Source: Octopus vulgaris (lineage: Eukaryota). From it: DNA of 64,000 bases. The notes beneath the pieces are model-generated. The model did no database searches, was not told the origin of the DNA, and worked only from the letters and a program-made list of their open reading frames with translations. Location: positions 33,294,001-33,358,000 of the forward strand of contig OX597824.1 of the NCBI GenBank assembly GCA_951406725.2. Reading direction: 5' to 3'. Shown in pieces: positions 1 to 12,801 of the stretch (positions are counted from its first letter, which is position 1; each line of letters opens with the position of its first letter). Both the position numbers and the translations under genes were made by a program.

Positions 1-92
1 CGCACTGGGGGTCGATATAATCGACTTAATCCGTTTGTCTGTTCTTGTTTGTCCCCTCTGTGTGTAGCCCCTTGTGGGCAATAAAGAAATAA
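1..92 (+). mobile_element. SINE family A, 3' part (truncated by window edge)
   Basis: cactggggtcgat..tcgacttaatccgtttgtctg..ccccttgtgggcaataaagaaata, the same tail as other family A copies. Confidence 0.85.
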
Positions 93-749
93 GATTGCGG
101 AAGTTGTAAAGATAATTTATAAACAAATTTATTTGCGATGCGACTTCAACTATGTTACGTTTAGAAAGCCCACTCAATGGTCATAACGCAACGCACAACC
201 CTTAAATTTGTAGAGAAATTGGCAGAGTCGATTGAACCGTCGCAAGTATTTGTCTGGTGCTATTCTGTCAATGAGTAGGCAGAAAGACGAAACTAGATGC
301 AGTTAACCTAGAGGACAATCGTTTCCAGAATTCAATCTTTTATTTTTTTCAGTAACAGAAAGAATGGTTTCTTATTTAAACACGAGACCAACAAGTTTTG
401 AAGGAAAGGGCTAGGCAATACCATTGACTCTAGTACTCGACTGGTACTTTTCTTTATCGATATCTCCGGAGGGATGTAAGGCAAAGTTGAGCTGAACAGC
501 ATTTGCACTTAGAACATAAAGAACCGAAAAAAAAGACAAAAGATACTGCAAGAATTTACTTCTGGCGCTTTGCTATTTCTGCTAGCTCACTGCCTCAGGA
601 GCGGAAATAAATTTTAACTCTAATTGATCGGATGTAATTATTCTCTCAAGGGTGGGAGCATAGCTATTCAATCGACCCTAGTACTTCACTGTTACTTATT
701 GCATCAGACTTAGATGGAATTGAAGGCCGAACATAAATATTAGTTACAA

Positions 750-1245
750 ATCTTGGCACATGGACAGCAAGTTCCGTTGATTACATCGACCCCAGTACGT
801 AAATGGTATTTATTTTATCGGACCCCGTGGGATGAAAGGAAAAGTCAACTTCGGCGGCATTTGAACCTAGAACGTAAAGACGGACGAAATGCCGCTAAGC
901 GTTTTGCTTGGTGCGCTAACGATTCTCTCAGCTCACCGACTTCCCGAACATAAATATTGATTTTAAATTTTGGCACAAGGCCAGCAATTTCAGGTGAGGG
1001 GGAAGTCGATTACATTGCCCCCCAGGGTTCGACTGGTACTTGTTTTTTCTACTCTAGGCACAAAGCCCGAAATTTTGGGGGAGGGGCCAATCGATTAGAT
1101 CGACCCAGTACGCAACTGGTACTTTATTTATCGAACCTGAAAGGATGAAAGGCAAAGTCGACCTCGGCGGAATTTGAACTTAGAACGTAAAAACAGACGA
1201 AATTTCGTTAAGTAATTCGCCCGGCATGCCAGCTCGCCGCCTTTC
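750..1245 (-). mobile_element. Cluster of SINE family A copies (older tail type)
   Basis: Reverse complement of ggcggcgagctggc..gttcaaattccgccgaggtcgactttgcctttcatcc..ggccttgtgccaaaatttgaa, two to three partial copies. Confidence 0.8.
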
Positions 1246-1825
1246 CGAACATAAATATTAATGTAACTAATTGTCAAAAGGCATTTTATCCAGTACACTA
1301 CCGATTTTTATTCCACTGATTGTCCTTAAAATAATACGTAACCCGCAGACGAGAAACAAACCGTGCATCTATCGGTTGCCGTGCAACTATTCTCCAGATG
1401 AAACAAGAATGAATTTTTTTTTTGTAGCTAACATAACTTATTATACGAATGAAAAGACAGAAAGAAAATGATTAAAATATGTCTAAAGCCAGTGAATACA
1501 AATAAATAAATAAATAGAAAAAACTAACTGCCTTGAGTTTCGTGAGATAGTATAAAAGTAAAGTACAAGTTGATGTTGTAAAAGTAGTAAGAAGCAGAAG
1601 AGTATTAAAATAGGGTGATGGTACATTATTTACAGAGAACACGAATAATCAATAACTACCGAATGCAAGTAACTAATAAATATTTAAACTAGTCTCAATG
1701 AGAGAAAATAATCGATGGTTTTGTACAGCGTACTTCAATTTGGTGAAGTCTTCTCATTGTTTTTATTGAATCATAATTATTTTGTAGTTTTCTTGAGAAA
1801 ACTCAAATATTAGGCATTTAAACAC

Positions 1826-2384
1826 AGGTATGGCTGTATGGTGAGAAATTTGCTTTTCAACCATATGGTTCCTGGTTCGTTCCCACAGCGTGGCGCTTTG
1901 GGCAAATGTCTTTTATCATAGCCTCTTGTGAGTGGATCTGGGAGACGGAAACTAAAAGAAGCTCTTTGTGTACACACATACACACACACATATATATGTA
2001 CGTGTGTCCTGGTGTCTGTGTTTGTCTCCCACCACCATTTGACAACCGGTGTTGGCGTGTTTACGTCACTGTAGAAAGATATCGATAGAATAAGTAAGTA
2101 CAAGGCTTTAAAAAAAGTAGTGGGGGGTCGAGTCATTCGATTAAAGTTTCTTCAAGGCTGTGCCCCCGCATGGCCGCAGTCAAATGACTGAAATGGATAG
2201 AACGATAAAAGATTACTGTAGTAGGGGTAGGAGTGGCTGTGTGGTAAGTAGCTTGCTTATGAACCACATGGTTCCGGGTTCAGTCCTTGGGCAAGTGTCT
2301 TTTACTATAGCCTCGAGCCGACCAAAGCCTTGTGAGTGGATTTGGTTGACGGAAACTGAAAGAAGCCCGTCGTATATATGTATG

Positions 2385-2461
<77 letters not shown>

Positions 2462-2701
2462 TTTTATGTATGTATGTATGTATGTATGTGTTTGTGTGTC
2501 TGTGTTTGTCCCTCCAACATCGTTTGACAACCGATGCTGGTGTGTTTACGTCCCCATAACTTAGCGGTTCGGCAAAAGAAACCGATAGAATAAGTACTAG
2601 GCTTCCAAAGAATAAGGCCTGGGGTTGATTTACTCGACTAAAGGCGGTGCTCCAGCGTGGCCACAGTCACATGACTGAAACAAGTAAAAGAGTAAAAGAG
2701 T
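1826..2701 (+). mobile_element. Two tandem SINE family B copies with internal microsatellite
   Basis: tRNA-like head tggctgtgtggtaag..ggttcagtcc, then ccttgggcaagtgtcttctactatagcc, (TA)n slot, tail aaacaagtaaaagagtaaaagagt. Confidence 0.85.
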
Positions 2702-2885
2702 ATAGGTACGAATCCATAGTATTGTTTTGCTAACAGAATATATCACTGTATCGTAATTGATGGAGTTTCGGAAGAGTAATCACCGCATCGTAAGGAAGGA
2801 GAAGCACACGGAATTAAAAGGTTAAAAGATCTTTCAGAATCAAAATTTCCGTTGTATGAAACACAGGAATAATAGAAAGGGGTGG

Positions 2886-3716
2886 CGATCTTTTCCTTTA
2901 CATGGGCAGCTCGATTAATTAATTTTGTTTAACTTAACACTTTGAAACGTCGTATACTGGTAGAATGTGTCATATAGAACATCTTTTACTCTTAGCGTTG
3001 TTGAGAAAAGTTTCTATTTACGTAGTTATTTCGTGTTAAAGTTGTCGTATTTCGGTAATTTTTACCCAATGAATGACGTGTATTCAGCTGAATAAAATTA
3101 CTGCCGTTGTTTGTCAACAAAAACTATCAGCGGTGTATATTTCGGTTGACACTGTTATTTAAGACATCGTTCGTGCGTTTGTACAGGTTTTACCTTTAAA
3201 AAAATTTACAATTTTTCTACTTAGGGTTAGGGATAGAGTTGGGGTTTTAGGGTTAGCGTTACGGAAAAAAGTGAAAAATGAAGAAATTGGAGGCGTGAGG
3301 GGTAAAGGGAAGCAAAAAATTTCAGGAAAACAGGGAAGACACCCATAAAAGCTGTAGAAATACACGAACGATTATGGTGGTGTCATAAAGTAAACGTGCT
3401 TCAGATACACTCGTTTATTCATACGAATGTAACTGAGATGAAATATGTCATAAATAACAGTGACAAACGAAATATACACCGCCGGAAGTTGTTGTTGACA
3501 AACAACAGCGGTAATTTTATTCAGCTGAATACACGTCATTCATTGGTTGAAATTACCGAAATACGACAACTTTAACACGAACTAACTTCGTAAATAGAAA
3601 CTTTTCTCAACAACGCTAAGAGCTCTATATGACACATTCTACCAGTATACGAAGTTTCAAAGTGTTTAGTTAAAGAAAATTAATTAATCGAGCTGCCCAT
3701 GAAAAGGAAAAGATCC
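2886..3716. mobile_element. MITE with ~280-bp TIRs, 8-bp TSD and internal TTAGGG-like tract
   Basis: Termini (C)GATCTTTTCC..GGAAAAGATCC; perfect TSD AGGGGTGG at 2878-2885 and 3717-3724; ttagggttaggg..ttagggttagc at ~3221-3260. Confidence 0.9.
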
Positions 3717-5654
3717 AGGGGTGGGAGGGGGAAGAACCCAATTTTTGCTATTTTTCTTCCTCATGAAGTAGAATTAGGTATTCCAAAACTCCACCTCTTA
3801 AATGAATATTTTTAGAATTTATCGAATCTTAATATTTCGCAAGCAGAATTCCGCCGAGGTTGAGTTTGTCTTTCACACTTTCACGCGGTCGATAAAATAA
3901 GTACCAGTTGATCGCTGAGATTGTTGCCACAGCATGGCCGCTACCAAATGACTGAAACAAGTAAACAGCCGAAATTGCTGACCTTGTACCAAAATTTGAA
4001 ACCAATATTTTGTAGTCAGCATAGGAGACTATGTCACAGTTCGACCTACAAGAAATAGATACTAAATTTTCTTCAAACCACACTCTACCACCTAAAGAAA
4101 TAAAGATGGATACCGTTTTCCTGGAATCTGTGTCTAAACAAAAAAAAAAAACGAAAGAGGAGATGGCTACGGTTGGAATTCTTTTTGCTCATTGATTAAG
4201 ACTAACCTTAGGCTAAGCAGCGACAATACATTAGATTTCACTGAGTCAGTTGTTGTAGCAACCATCTGAGAAATTCTAATAACATTATATAGAAAGTTAA
4301 AGCTTAAAAAAAAAAGAGTATAAAACCATTTGACTAATTCTTTTGTCAATGGCGTCTCTAAGGAAAACTTGCACAATGATTCTTTCGTTGGTCGTTTAAT
4401 CTGATCTTTAGAATGACATACTGAACCAGTATTCATTCCCTCGCTAGGTTTGAATTCAGCTTTTTCAATTATATAATGACATTAAGCTATTAACATTATT
4501 TGCAAATGTAGTTGATATTTTTCTGTTATTTCTATAGGCCACTGGCTTTTCAACGGTATCTAGGTAGAACGAGGATTTGTAAAAACATAATTTCAGGCTT
4601 ATAAAAAAAAATCCATATTAATGCTTGAGAATCTTAAAGATGTTCATAAATTTGTTACACACGCGTATAACTGATAATAAAACAAAGATGAACAGCAATT
4701 TTCATTTTTTTTTCTATAATTTTTCTTTTTTGCATCAAAATATTTTTTTCCTTTTTTAAATTTTCTTTGCAAAGAGCATCAATAATTTTTGGTTTGATCT
4801 TCAGTGTACCAGAATGTCGAAGAGACTGAGATTCACTGCTCTAGAATAATCGTTTCAAATTTCGGCACAAGGCCAGCTGTCTTAAGAAAACGGAAAAGTC
4901 GATGGCATCAACTCAGAACGTAACGAAGAAGGGAAAAAAAATGGCAAAATACTTTCTCTGACGCGTTGACAATTCTGCCGCCGCCTTACTATTCTGGATG
5001 TATCAATAATAATGATACTTCTATCATAATAGAAATATCAGGTATGATTTAAATGACCTATTTCTTCTAAAAAAACAAACAAAAAAAAAAGCTGGTGCCT
5101 TCCCACCGTTGCCACCAAAAATAATTATATCTAAATTAATTAATTTACGTCGCAAACAAGAGCAAATAAGCGGGTAAACACACTTTTAAGGCTTTCTTTA
5201 AAATGATTTTCATTGGCAGCGACAGCATGAAAAATTCCTTTTACGTAACAAGTGAATGGGAACTAAAATCATCAGCTATTTGATGTATCATTAAAGAGAT
5301 TTAATAAACACAACGTAAATTTTGTGGAGGTTTGTTGACAATCGAGGGAGGCTATAATAATATTTGATAGTCATGAAACTGATAAGTCTAAACATTCACG
5401 CGTGGGATGCAGGACGGCGAGCATCCAAACAATTTCGTATCCATTCTTAATACATACTGCCAAATTCGGATGAGACTACCTGGAGAATATCTCCTTACTT
5501 TAGAGCAGTTTTTCTCAAGAAAGGTCAATATGATCCTTGTGGGTCCATCTAAGATTTTGTTGTTAAATTTTATCTACAATAAATTGGTTTTACTTTTATT
5601 TTGCACAAAATATTTTAACAATTTTTTTTTTTGTAATTCCAAATAATATTTGAT

Positions 5655-5856
5655 TTCAAATTTTGGCATAAGGCCAGCAGGTTTAGGGAAGGGGTTAAGT
5701 CGGTTACATCAACCCCCAGGGTTCAATTAGTACTTATTTTATCGACTTCGAAAGGGTCGAAGGGCGAAGTCGACCTCAACGAAATTTGAACTCAGAACAT
5801 AAAGACGGACTAGATTCCGCTAAGCATTTCGTCCGGTATGCCAGCTCGTCGCCTTA
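5655..5856 (-). mobile_element. SINE family A (degenerate)
   Basis: Same motifs as other family A copies in reverse orientation. Confidence 0.75.
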
Positions 5857-6259
5857 CAATTCTTCATATTTAATTATAAAAATATAAAAGGATTTTTTAA
5901 GCATCCAATGGTTATGAGGGTCCATCCGAGTAATAACTTAGGTAAATTAGATATGGTTCGACCAAAGATTGGTCCAGGCCATGCCTAACTTAATAGCACC
6001 ACCTGATAGGATTAGCTAAATCCTTTTTAAATTATAATAAAAAAGAAAAAGGTTGAGAAACACTGCTTTAGAGCATGTGTATTTATGATATACACGGGTG
6101 GTGAGTGGTGTGGGTTATGGACTCACCGTCTGAGAAGAAGATATGTTCTATAGCACAAAAAAAAAAAAAAAGAAAAGCAGGGATCAGGTGCTCACGATCG
6201 TATCTAGCAGCATGTATTGAGAAAAATAAATATATTATTGCTGATAAACTTAAATTGGC

Positions 6260-6575
6260 ACTCCGTCGGTTACAACGATGCGGGTTCCAGTCGAACTGAT
6301 CAACAGAACAGCTTGCTCGAGAAATTAACGTGCAAATGGTTGAGCACAGGCACGCGTACCCTTAACGTAGTTCTAAGAGAGATTCAACGTGTCACAGAAT
6401 GTGACAAGGCTGGACCTTTTGAATCACAGGTACAACTCATTTTTACCAGCTGAATAGACTGGAGCAAAGTGACATAAAGTGACTTGCTCAAGGATACAAC
6501 GCACCGCCGGCAATCGAACAAAAGACCTTTTGATCGTGAGCTGAATATCCTAACCTCTAAGCTAGGCGCCTTCAG
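6260..6575 (-). mobile_element. SINE, family C/D-like (degenerate)
   Basis: gcactccgtcggttac..cccttaacgtagttct matches the family C 3' part at 18141; tttaccagctgaatagactggagcaa matches the family D body. Confidence 0.7.
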
Positions 6576-6703
6576 AATTTATGGATTTACACATGGTTAC
6601 GATAAATTTTAATAACTTTAAATGGTAAATTTTATCAAATAAAATGTATAAAGTAGTTTTTATGTTGGTAAATTTGAAGCACATAAATTTGAGATTTACT
6701 GAC

Positions 6704-6983
6704 CGGGAGAGCTGCAGAGGTAAGCTGGTACTGATGTTATATTCTCAAATAATGTCGATGTACGAAGATGAGTAACTGTGCTTGATATCAGTGGAAGAAG
6801 TGTGGAGTTAGTTAATGCTAGTATTGCCGAAGTGGCAATAGATGTAGTACTGGTAGTTGTTGAAGTTGTTGTGTTTAAGTGGTGAGCTGTAAGGTTAACG
6901 GCTGAATCCTCCAGTCTTACTTGATGAGAAGTGGATAAATCAAATGAAGATAACATCGTCTTTACGCTGTCATTCAAAGCCAT
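6704..6983 (-). CDS. First coding exon of a host gene: Ser/Thr-rich, N-glycosylated N-terminus without signal peptide (GPCR-like or other membrane protein)
   Basis: Minus strand: polypyrimidine acceptor ttcttcttaatctctttcag| (exon starts 7024), 41-nt leader with an in-frame TAA, ATG in AAGATGG context at 6983, 93 codons, phase-1 donor CCCG|gtcagt after 6704. All five Asn are in sequons (NDS, NLT, NTT, NST, NIT). No downstream exon identified; product class is inference. Confidence 0.7.
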
Positions 6984-7221
6984 CTTTATCCAATTTGCGT
7001 AGACTTCGGCAGTCTGTTAATGAACTGAAAGAGATTAAGAAGAATATGTTTATAAATCCATCAAAGAATTTCATGTTTTGTAATTGAAAGAGAAATAATA
7101 CTATATCACAAGAGTTCGTTAAAGCAACTTTCTTTGTATATATTGTTAAGTCATTCTGTTAAATGTCTTTATAAGAATAATTTCCTTTTAAAGATGTAAA
7201 TAATAGAATATCTAAGTTATA

Positions 7222-7972
7222 CGAGGTCTGATCAATAAGTATGCGGACTGTTGCCATAGTAACGAAGCTAAAGCACGCAGAGTAAAGCCGCTTGGCAAAG
7301 ATTGACCTTGAACACTGCTGTGCATTCGCACTAAGTTTAAACGTTCTAGTTCACTTCTGCTGTTTACAGCAGTGCTTGGAAGGAAGATGTGTAGCGTGTG
7401 ATCGTCGCATTGACCATGACAGAGAAAGTTGTCATGGCGATACCTGCTAAGAGGCCTACGCAAAGTTGCAGAAAGTGTATGGAGAGGAATGTATGAGCCG
7501 CACACAAATGTACGAGTGGTTCAGACGTTTTCAAGACGGCCGAAAAAATATCGATATTGAAGTAAGTTCTGGGAGACCCGAAACCAGCAGAACTGAGAAA
7601 AACATCGCTGGTTTCGGGTCTTCCAGAACTTTCGTCAATATCGACATTTTTCGGCCATCTTGGAAACGTCTGAAAACCTTGTACATTTGTGTGCTGCTCA
7701 TACATTCCTCTCCATACACTTTCTACAACTTTGCCTAGGCCTCTGAGCAGGTATCACCATGACAACTTTCCCTATCATGGTCAATACGACGATCACACGC
7801 TACACATCTTCCTTCCTAGCACTGCTGTAAACAACGGAAGTAAACTAGAACGTTTAAACTTAGTGCGCATGCACAGCAGAGTCTCATGTCAATCAGTGCT
7901 AAGCGGCTTTACTCTGCGTGCTTTAGTTTCGTTACTATGGCAACAGTCCAGATACTTATTGACCAGACTACG
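7222..7972. mobile_element. Fold-back (palindromic) mariner derivative made of two inverted left ends
   Basis: TA flanks at 7220-7221 and 7973-7974; TIR CGAGGTCTGATCAATAAGTA; arms ~367 bp around an 18-nt spacer (7589-7606); each arm encodes mariner N-terminal HTH (VYGEECMSRTQMYEWFRRFQDGR..SGRP). Confidence 0.9.
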
Positions 7973-8074
7973 TATAATTCATTTTATCTTAAGAAGACAT
8001 CTCGCTTAAAGGTTTTCCTCGAATTTGCAGCTGAACCAAGAAATAATTCGTCTGTTGCATTGCCTTTTCTTTTG

Positions 8075-8228
8075 TAGGTATGGCTGTGTGGTTAAGCAGC
8101 TCACTTGACAGCCAGGTGGTTCCGGGTTCAGTCTCACTGCGCGACACCTTGGGTAAATGTCTTCTTCAACCGCCTCGGACCAACCAATGCCTTGGTGAGT
8201 GAATATGGTAGATAGAAATAGTATAGAA

Positions 8229-8322
<94 letters not shown>

Positions 8323-8490
8323 TCCCTCCCACCAGCACTTAACAACCGGTGCCGAGTTGTTTACTTTGCAGTTCGGTATTAAGGAATAAGAGAATAAGTA
8401 CGTTTAAGTACTGGGGTTTTGTTCACTTAAACCATTCAAGGTGTTGCCCCAGCATAGCCGGAGTCTAATGACCGAAGCACGTGAAGGAAA
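8075..8490 (+). mobile_element. SINE family B (degenerate) with (CA)n/(TG)n slot
   Basis: tggctgtgtggttaag..ccttgggtaaatgtcttc..ccccagcatagccg. Confidence 0.75.
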
Positions 8491-9069
8491 AATTAACTTT
8501 TTAGCTATACAGATATAACAAATAATATCCAACTCGAGATAAACGATAAAACACATACAAAGGTAATAGCAGCGCAATGAAATTTTTTTTTTTTTATACA
8601 CAAATTTGGAAAATCTCACGTTGGAAATATATTTTATAAGATATTAGATGTAAGATATTTATAAGATATTAGATATAAACATAAACACATATAGGATATA
8701 TAAAGGAAATAAAGTGAAAATCTTTATGATGCTGTAGCCCCCAGCTTTTTTGCTGTCCAATAAATCAATAACGTATATGTTAATATGGCTTCTTGCACCA
8801 AACAAAATATGTCTAACTTTCACTTTCATTTTCACAACTACTTTTACTTACGTCCTTGTAAAAAGGAGCAATAAAACTGAGCAAAGTCTATTGCCAGCAG
8901 CAGAGCGATAATATACTTGGTTATAATAAATAATTCGTAATTCAATATTCGACTGCTTTAAACTGGTTTTCTTTCTTTCTTTGCATTCTCATTTGATGTT
9001 CCTATACATGCATGTTTAATATGCTTTAATCATTAGAGATTCTTAGCGTCAAAAAATTGAATTATTTCA

Positions 9070-9226
9070 TGTGGCTGTGTGGTAAGTAGCTTGCTTACCA
9101 ACCACATGGTTCCGGGTTCAGTCCCACTGCGTGGCACCTTGGGCAAGTGTCTTCTACTGTAGGCTTGGACCGACCAAAGCCGTGTGAGTGGATTTGGTAG
9201 ACGGAAACTGAAAGAAGCCCGTCGTA

Positions 9227-9318
<92 letters not shown>

Positions 9319-9548
9319 TGTGTGTGTTTGTGTGTCTGTATTTGTCCCCACCCCAACATCGCTTGACAACCGACGCTGGTGTGTTTACGTCCCCGTAACT
9401 TAGCGGTTCGGCAAAAGTGACCGATAGAATAAGTACTAGGTTTACAAAGAATAAGTCCTGGGATCGATTTGCTCGACTAAAGGCGGTGCTCCAGCATGGC
9501 CACAGCCAAATGACTGAAATAAGTAAAAGAGTAAAAGAGTAAAGAGTT
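9070..9548 (+). mobile_element. SINE family B, near-intact, long (TA)n slot
   Basis: Full head-body-(TA)n-tail structure. Confidence 0.9.
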
Positions 9549-9828
9549 ATAAATAGCAAAATGTTGGTTTCAAATTTTGGCGCCAGGATAGCAATTTTCA
9601 GTAGCATGGCTCTTATGATGTCATTCTTCACCCTGAGCAAGCAAAACCTTCAATGAAACTGAGGACAGGGACCTAAACATTGAAGATGAATGTTCGGCAC
9701 CAACATGTAAACAAACGTTTTATAAGTCAAAATTAACCAGAAACCACTGGAATCCGTCATCACAAAAGCCTGTCTATCAAGATTCTATGAAAGGCGAGAA
9801 TAATTCTCTGAAAACAGAATAATTATAA

Positions 9829-10231
9829 GCGCAGGAGTGGCTGTGTGGTAAGTAGCTTGCTTCCCAACCACATGATTCCGGGTTCAGTCCCACTGCGTGG
9901 CACCTTGGGCAATTGTCTTCTACTGTAGGCTTGGGCCGACCAAAGCCTTGTGAGTGGATTTGGTAGATGGAAACTGAAAGAAGCCCGTCGTATATATGTA
10001 TATATGTATGTGTTTGTGTATCTGTGTATGTCCCCCCAACATGGCTTGACAACCGATGCTGGTGTGTTTACGTCCCCGTAACTTAGCGGTTCTGCAAAAG
10101 AGGACGATAGAATAAGTACTAAGCTTACAAAGAATAAGTCCTGGGGTCGATTTGCTCGACTAAAGGCGGTGCTCCAGCATGGCCACAGTCACATGACTGA
10201 TACAAGTGAAAGAGAAAAAGAGTAAAGAGTA
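9829..10231 (+). mobile_element. SINE family B, near-intact, short slot
   Basis: gcgcaggagtggctgtgtggtaag..agtaaagagt. Confidence 0.9.
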
Positions 10232-10715
10232 ATGATTACGACATAGCCTACGTAGTTGTGAGGAAAATACTGCATTAGCTGCTATAGATTAACACAGTAG
10301 AGAGAGATCGATATTTCAATGTATTGATATGCTGCTCCATATGAATGTTAAGTTCAACCGTAATAAAACAATTTAGTACTATAAGTGCTACTAAAGCAGA
10401 TTCTGGAAGAACCCGGTCAGAATGTCTCACTCAGCTTCTATAGAATTAGAACAACTGACTTGAATTTGGAATAAGAATATCACACAAAAAAAAAATCTTA
10501 ATTCCTTGTTATAAGATATCCTTAAGAAAATACATGACGCATGGTAGAAGTTGGTTAGGACTATGTACCACAAGAGACATATCAGGGAACAAGATAAAAA
10601 CATTGCTTTTAAATTTCAAAAATCCCCGTTAAACCACTTCTAGAAAGAAATATAAATACAATTTACAGAATTCAACAACACCACAATTACTAACAGAGAC
10701 ACTGCAGTATATATA

Positions 10716-11286
10716 ATTTCTTTACTGCCCACAAGGGGCTAAACATAGAGGGGACAAACAAGGACAGACAAACGGATTAAGTCGATTACATCGACCCCAG
10801 TGCGTAACTGGTACTTAATTTATCGACCCCGAAAGGATGAAAGGCAAAGTCGACCTCGGCGGAATTTGAACTCAGAACGTAACGGCAAACGAAATACCTA
10901 TTTCTTTACTACCCACAAGGGGATAAATACAGAGAGGACAAACAAGGACAGACAAACGGATTAAGTCGATTATATCGACCTCTAGTGCGTAACTGGTACG
11001 TAGCGGCAGGCGAAATCCCGCTAAGCATTTCGCCCGGCATGTTAACGTTTTTGTGAGCTCGCCGCCTTTCAGTTTCTGCCTACTAAATTTATTCGCAAAG
11101 CATTGGTCGACTCGGGGCAATAGTAGAAGACGGTTTCCCAAGGTGTAACTGGTACTTATTTAATCGACCCCGCAGCGATGAAAGGCAAAGTCGACCCCGG
11201 CGGAATTTGAACTCAGAACGTAACGGCAGACGAAATACGGCTACGCAATTCGCCCGGCGTGCTAATGTTTCTGCCAGCTCACCGCC
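10716..11286 (-). mobile_element. Nested/tandem SINE family A copies plus a family B fragment
   Basis: Tail-to-body junction aaagaaata|ggtatttc on the minus strand near 10898. Confidence 0.85.
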
Positions 11287-11986
11287 ATATACCACCCAAC
11301 AACATAATTGCTTGGGATTCCATATTCAACAAAATAATTGTATGAGTTTCCATATATGTAACATTGAAAAATAGAACCTATTTTAACACGTCTAAAATTG
11401 CCAATCAGATAAAAAGTAGAAACAGTCGCAGCAGACACAGTCGGCCGATACAATAGAGATCTAAATCAGCATCTAGTAGCTAACAAAGAAAGTAAACCAA
11501 GAAAATAATAAAGAAAGTGAACCAACAGAAACAGGAAATAAGTCAACATTTGTATTCAACATTAACCAGAAACAAGCCGTACCAAGCTGTTTAGAAAAGT
11601 ATAGAGTCATTGATACTGCTAATAGCTAAATCAGTAACGCTATAGCAACAGCCATATCACGTGTCACATTAACAGTCTCAAGTAACATTTAGCCACACTC
11701 TAACAATAAGTAAATTCACTTCTCAAACGGTTTTCCATAACCAGCTGTCAAAAAGCCTCTCTACTAAACGAAATATAAGATATACACCTTTTCGCTTAAA
11801 ATACTTAAGTTAACCGCTTTCCCCTTAAGAAATCTGGAAAACATTACGAAAATTCAACTTCCGCCTACCAAAAGTTCAGAAGATGACAGAATTATAAGTA
11901 TACACCTGAAACATTTATGGTACGGAGTGATTATTGCACTCATCGAGATTTTCGAATATATCTGGATGGTTTAATAGCAACGTCGT

Positions 11987-12412
11987 GGATCTTTTCGGTT
12001 TGAACGGCAGTTTTTAACATAATTTCTAGGTAACTAAAAAATTTTAAACTTCGTATACTGGTAGAATGTGCTTATAAAACATCTTTTTCTCTTGGCTTTA
12101 TTGAGAAAAGTCTATAGTTTGTAAGATATTTGTTGTTGTTTTTTCTTCAATTTCTGCAATTTCAACCATTCACTGATGTCTATTGAGATAAAAAAAACAT
12201 TCTGTGCCGTATGAATATGTCCCTCGTTTAAGAAACAGATTGGGTTTATTTACATTTCTGAAGAAATATATTCTTCCCCCACCCTAAACCTAACCCTAAC
12301 CCCAACCCTAAAACAGATTGAAATGCAATAGATCGATACTAGGGTCATAACTATGGGTGACAATTTCATATGACACCACTAGAAAAAACTGTCGTTCAAA
12401 CCGAAAAGATCC
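11987..12412. mobile_element. MITE related to 2886 element; short TIRs, 8-bp TSD, CCCTAA tract
   Basis: GGATCTTTTCGGTTTGAACGGCAG..CTGTCGTTCAAACCGAAAAGATCC; TSD AACGTCGT/AACGTTGT; cctaaccctaacc at ~12282-12310; interrupts an old SINE B. Confidence 0.88.
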
Positions 12413-12755
12413 AACGTTGTTTTGGGTTCAATCCCATGGTGTGGTACCTTGGACAAATGTCTTCTACTTTAGCTTCGAGTTGACCAATGTTTTGCGAGTA
12501 ACACTCGGTTGATGGACACCCTAAAAAAGCCCGTCAATTGTATGTATGTATGTATGTATGTATGCACAATACTCGTGTCATAAAAACGACACTTTAAATA
12601 AAGAAGCTGACATTTGATAAATGGTTGGACATAACACACATTCCATATATTTAATATAGACTTGTTACAACGCATCATATATTGCCGGGTTTGATTATGA
12701 TCAAAGTTCATTTGTCAAAAGTAGTATATTATATCAATAATCAATGTAAAATGCA

Positions 12756-12801
<46 letters not shown>

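Noticed and set aside
4167-4560. Possible second exon of the minus-strand gene
   Set aside because: Candidate acceptors give early stops in phase 1, there is no transmembrane-like sequence, and the lower part overlaps a repeat also seen near 61840.
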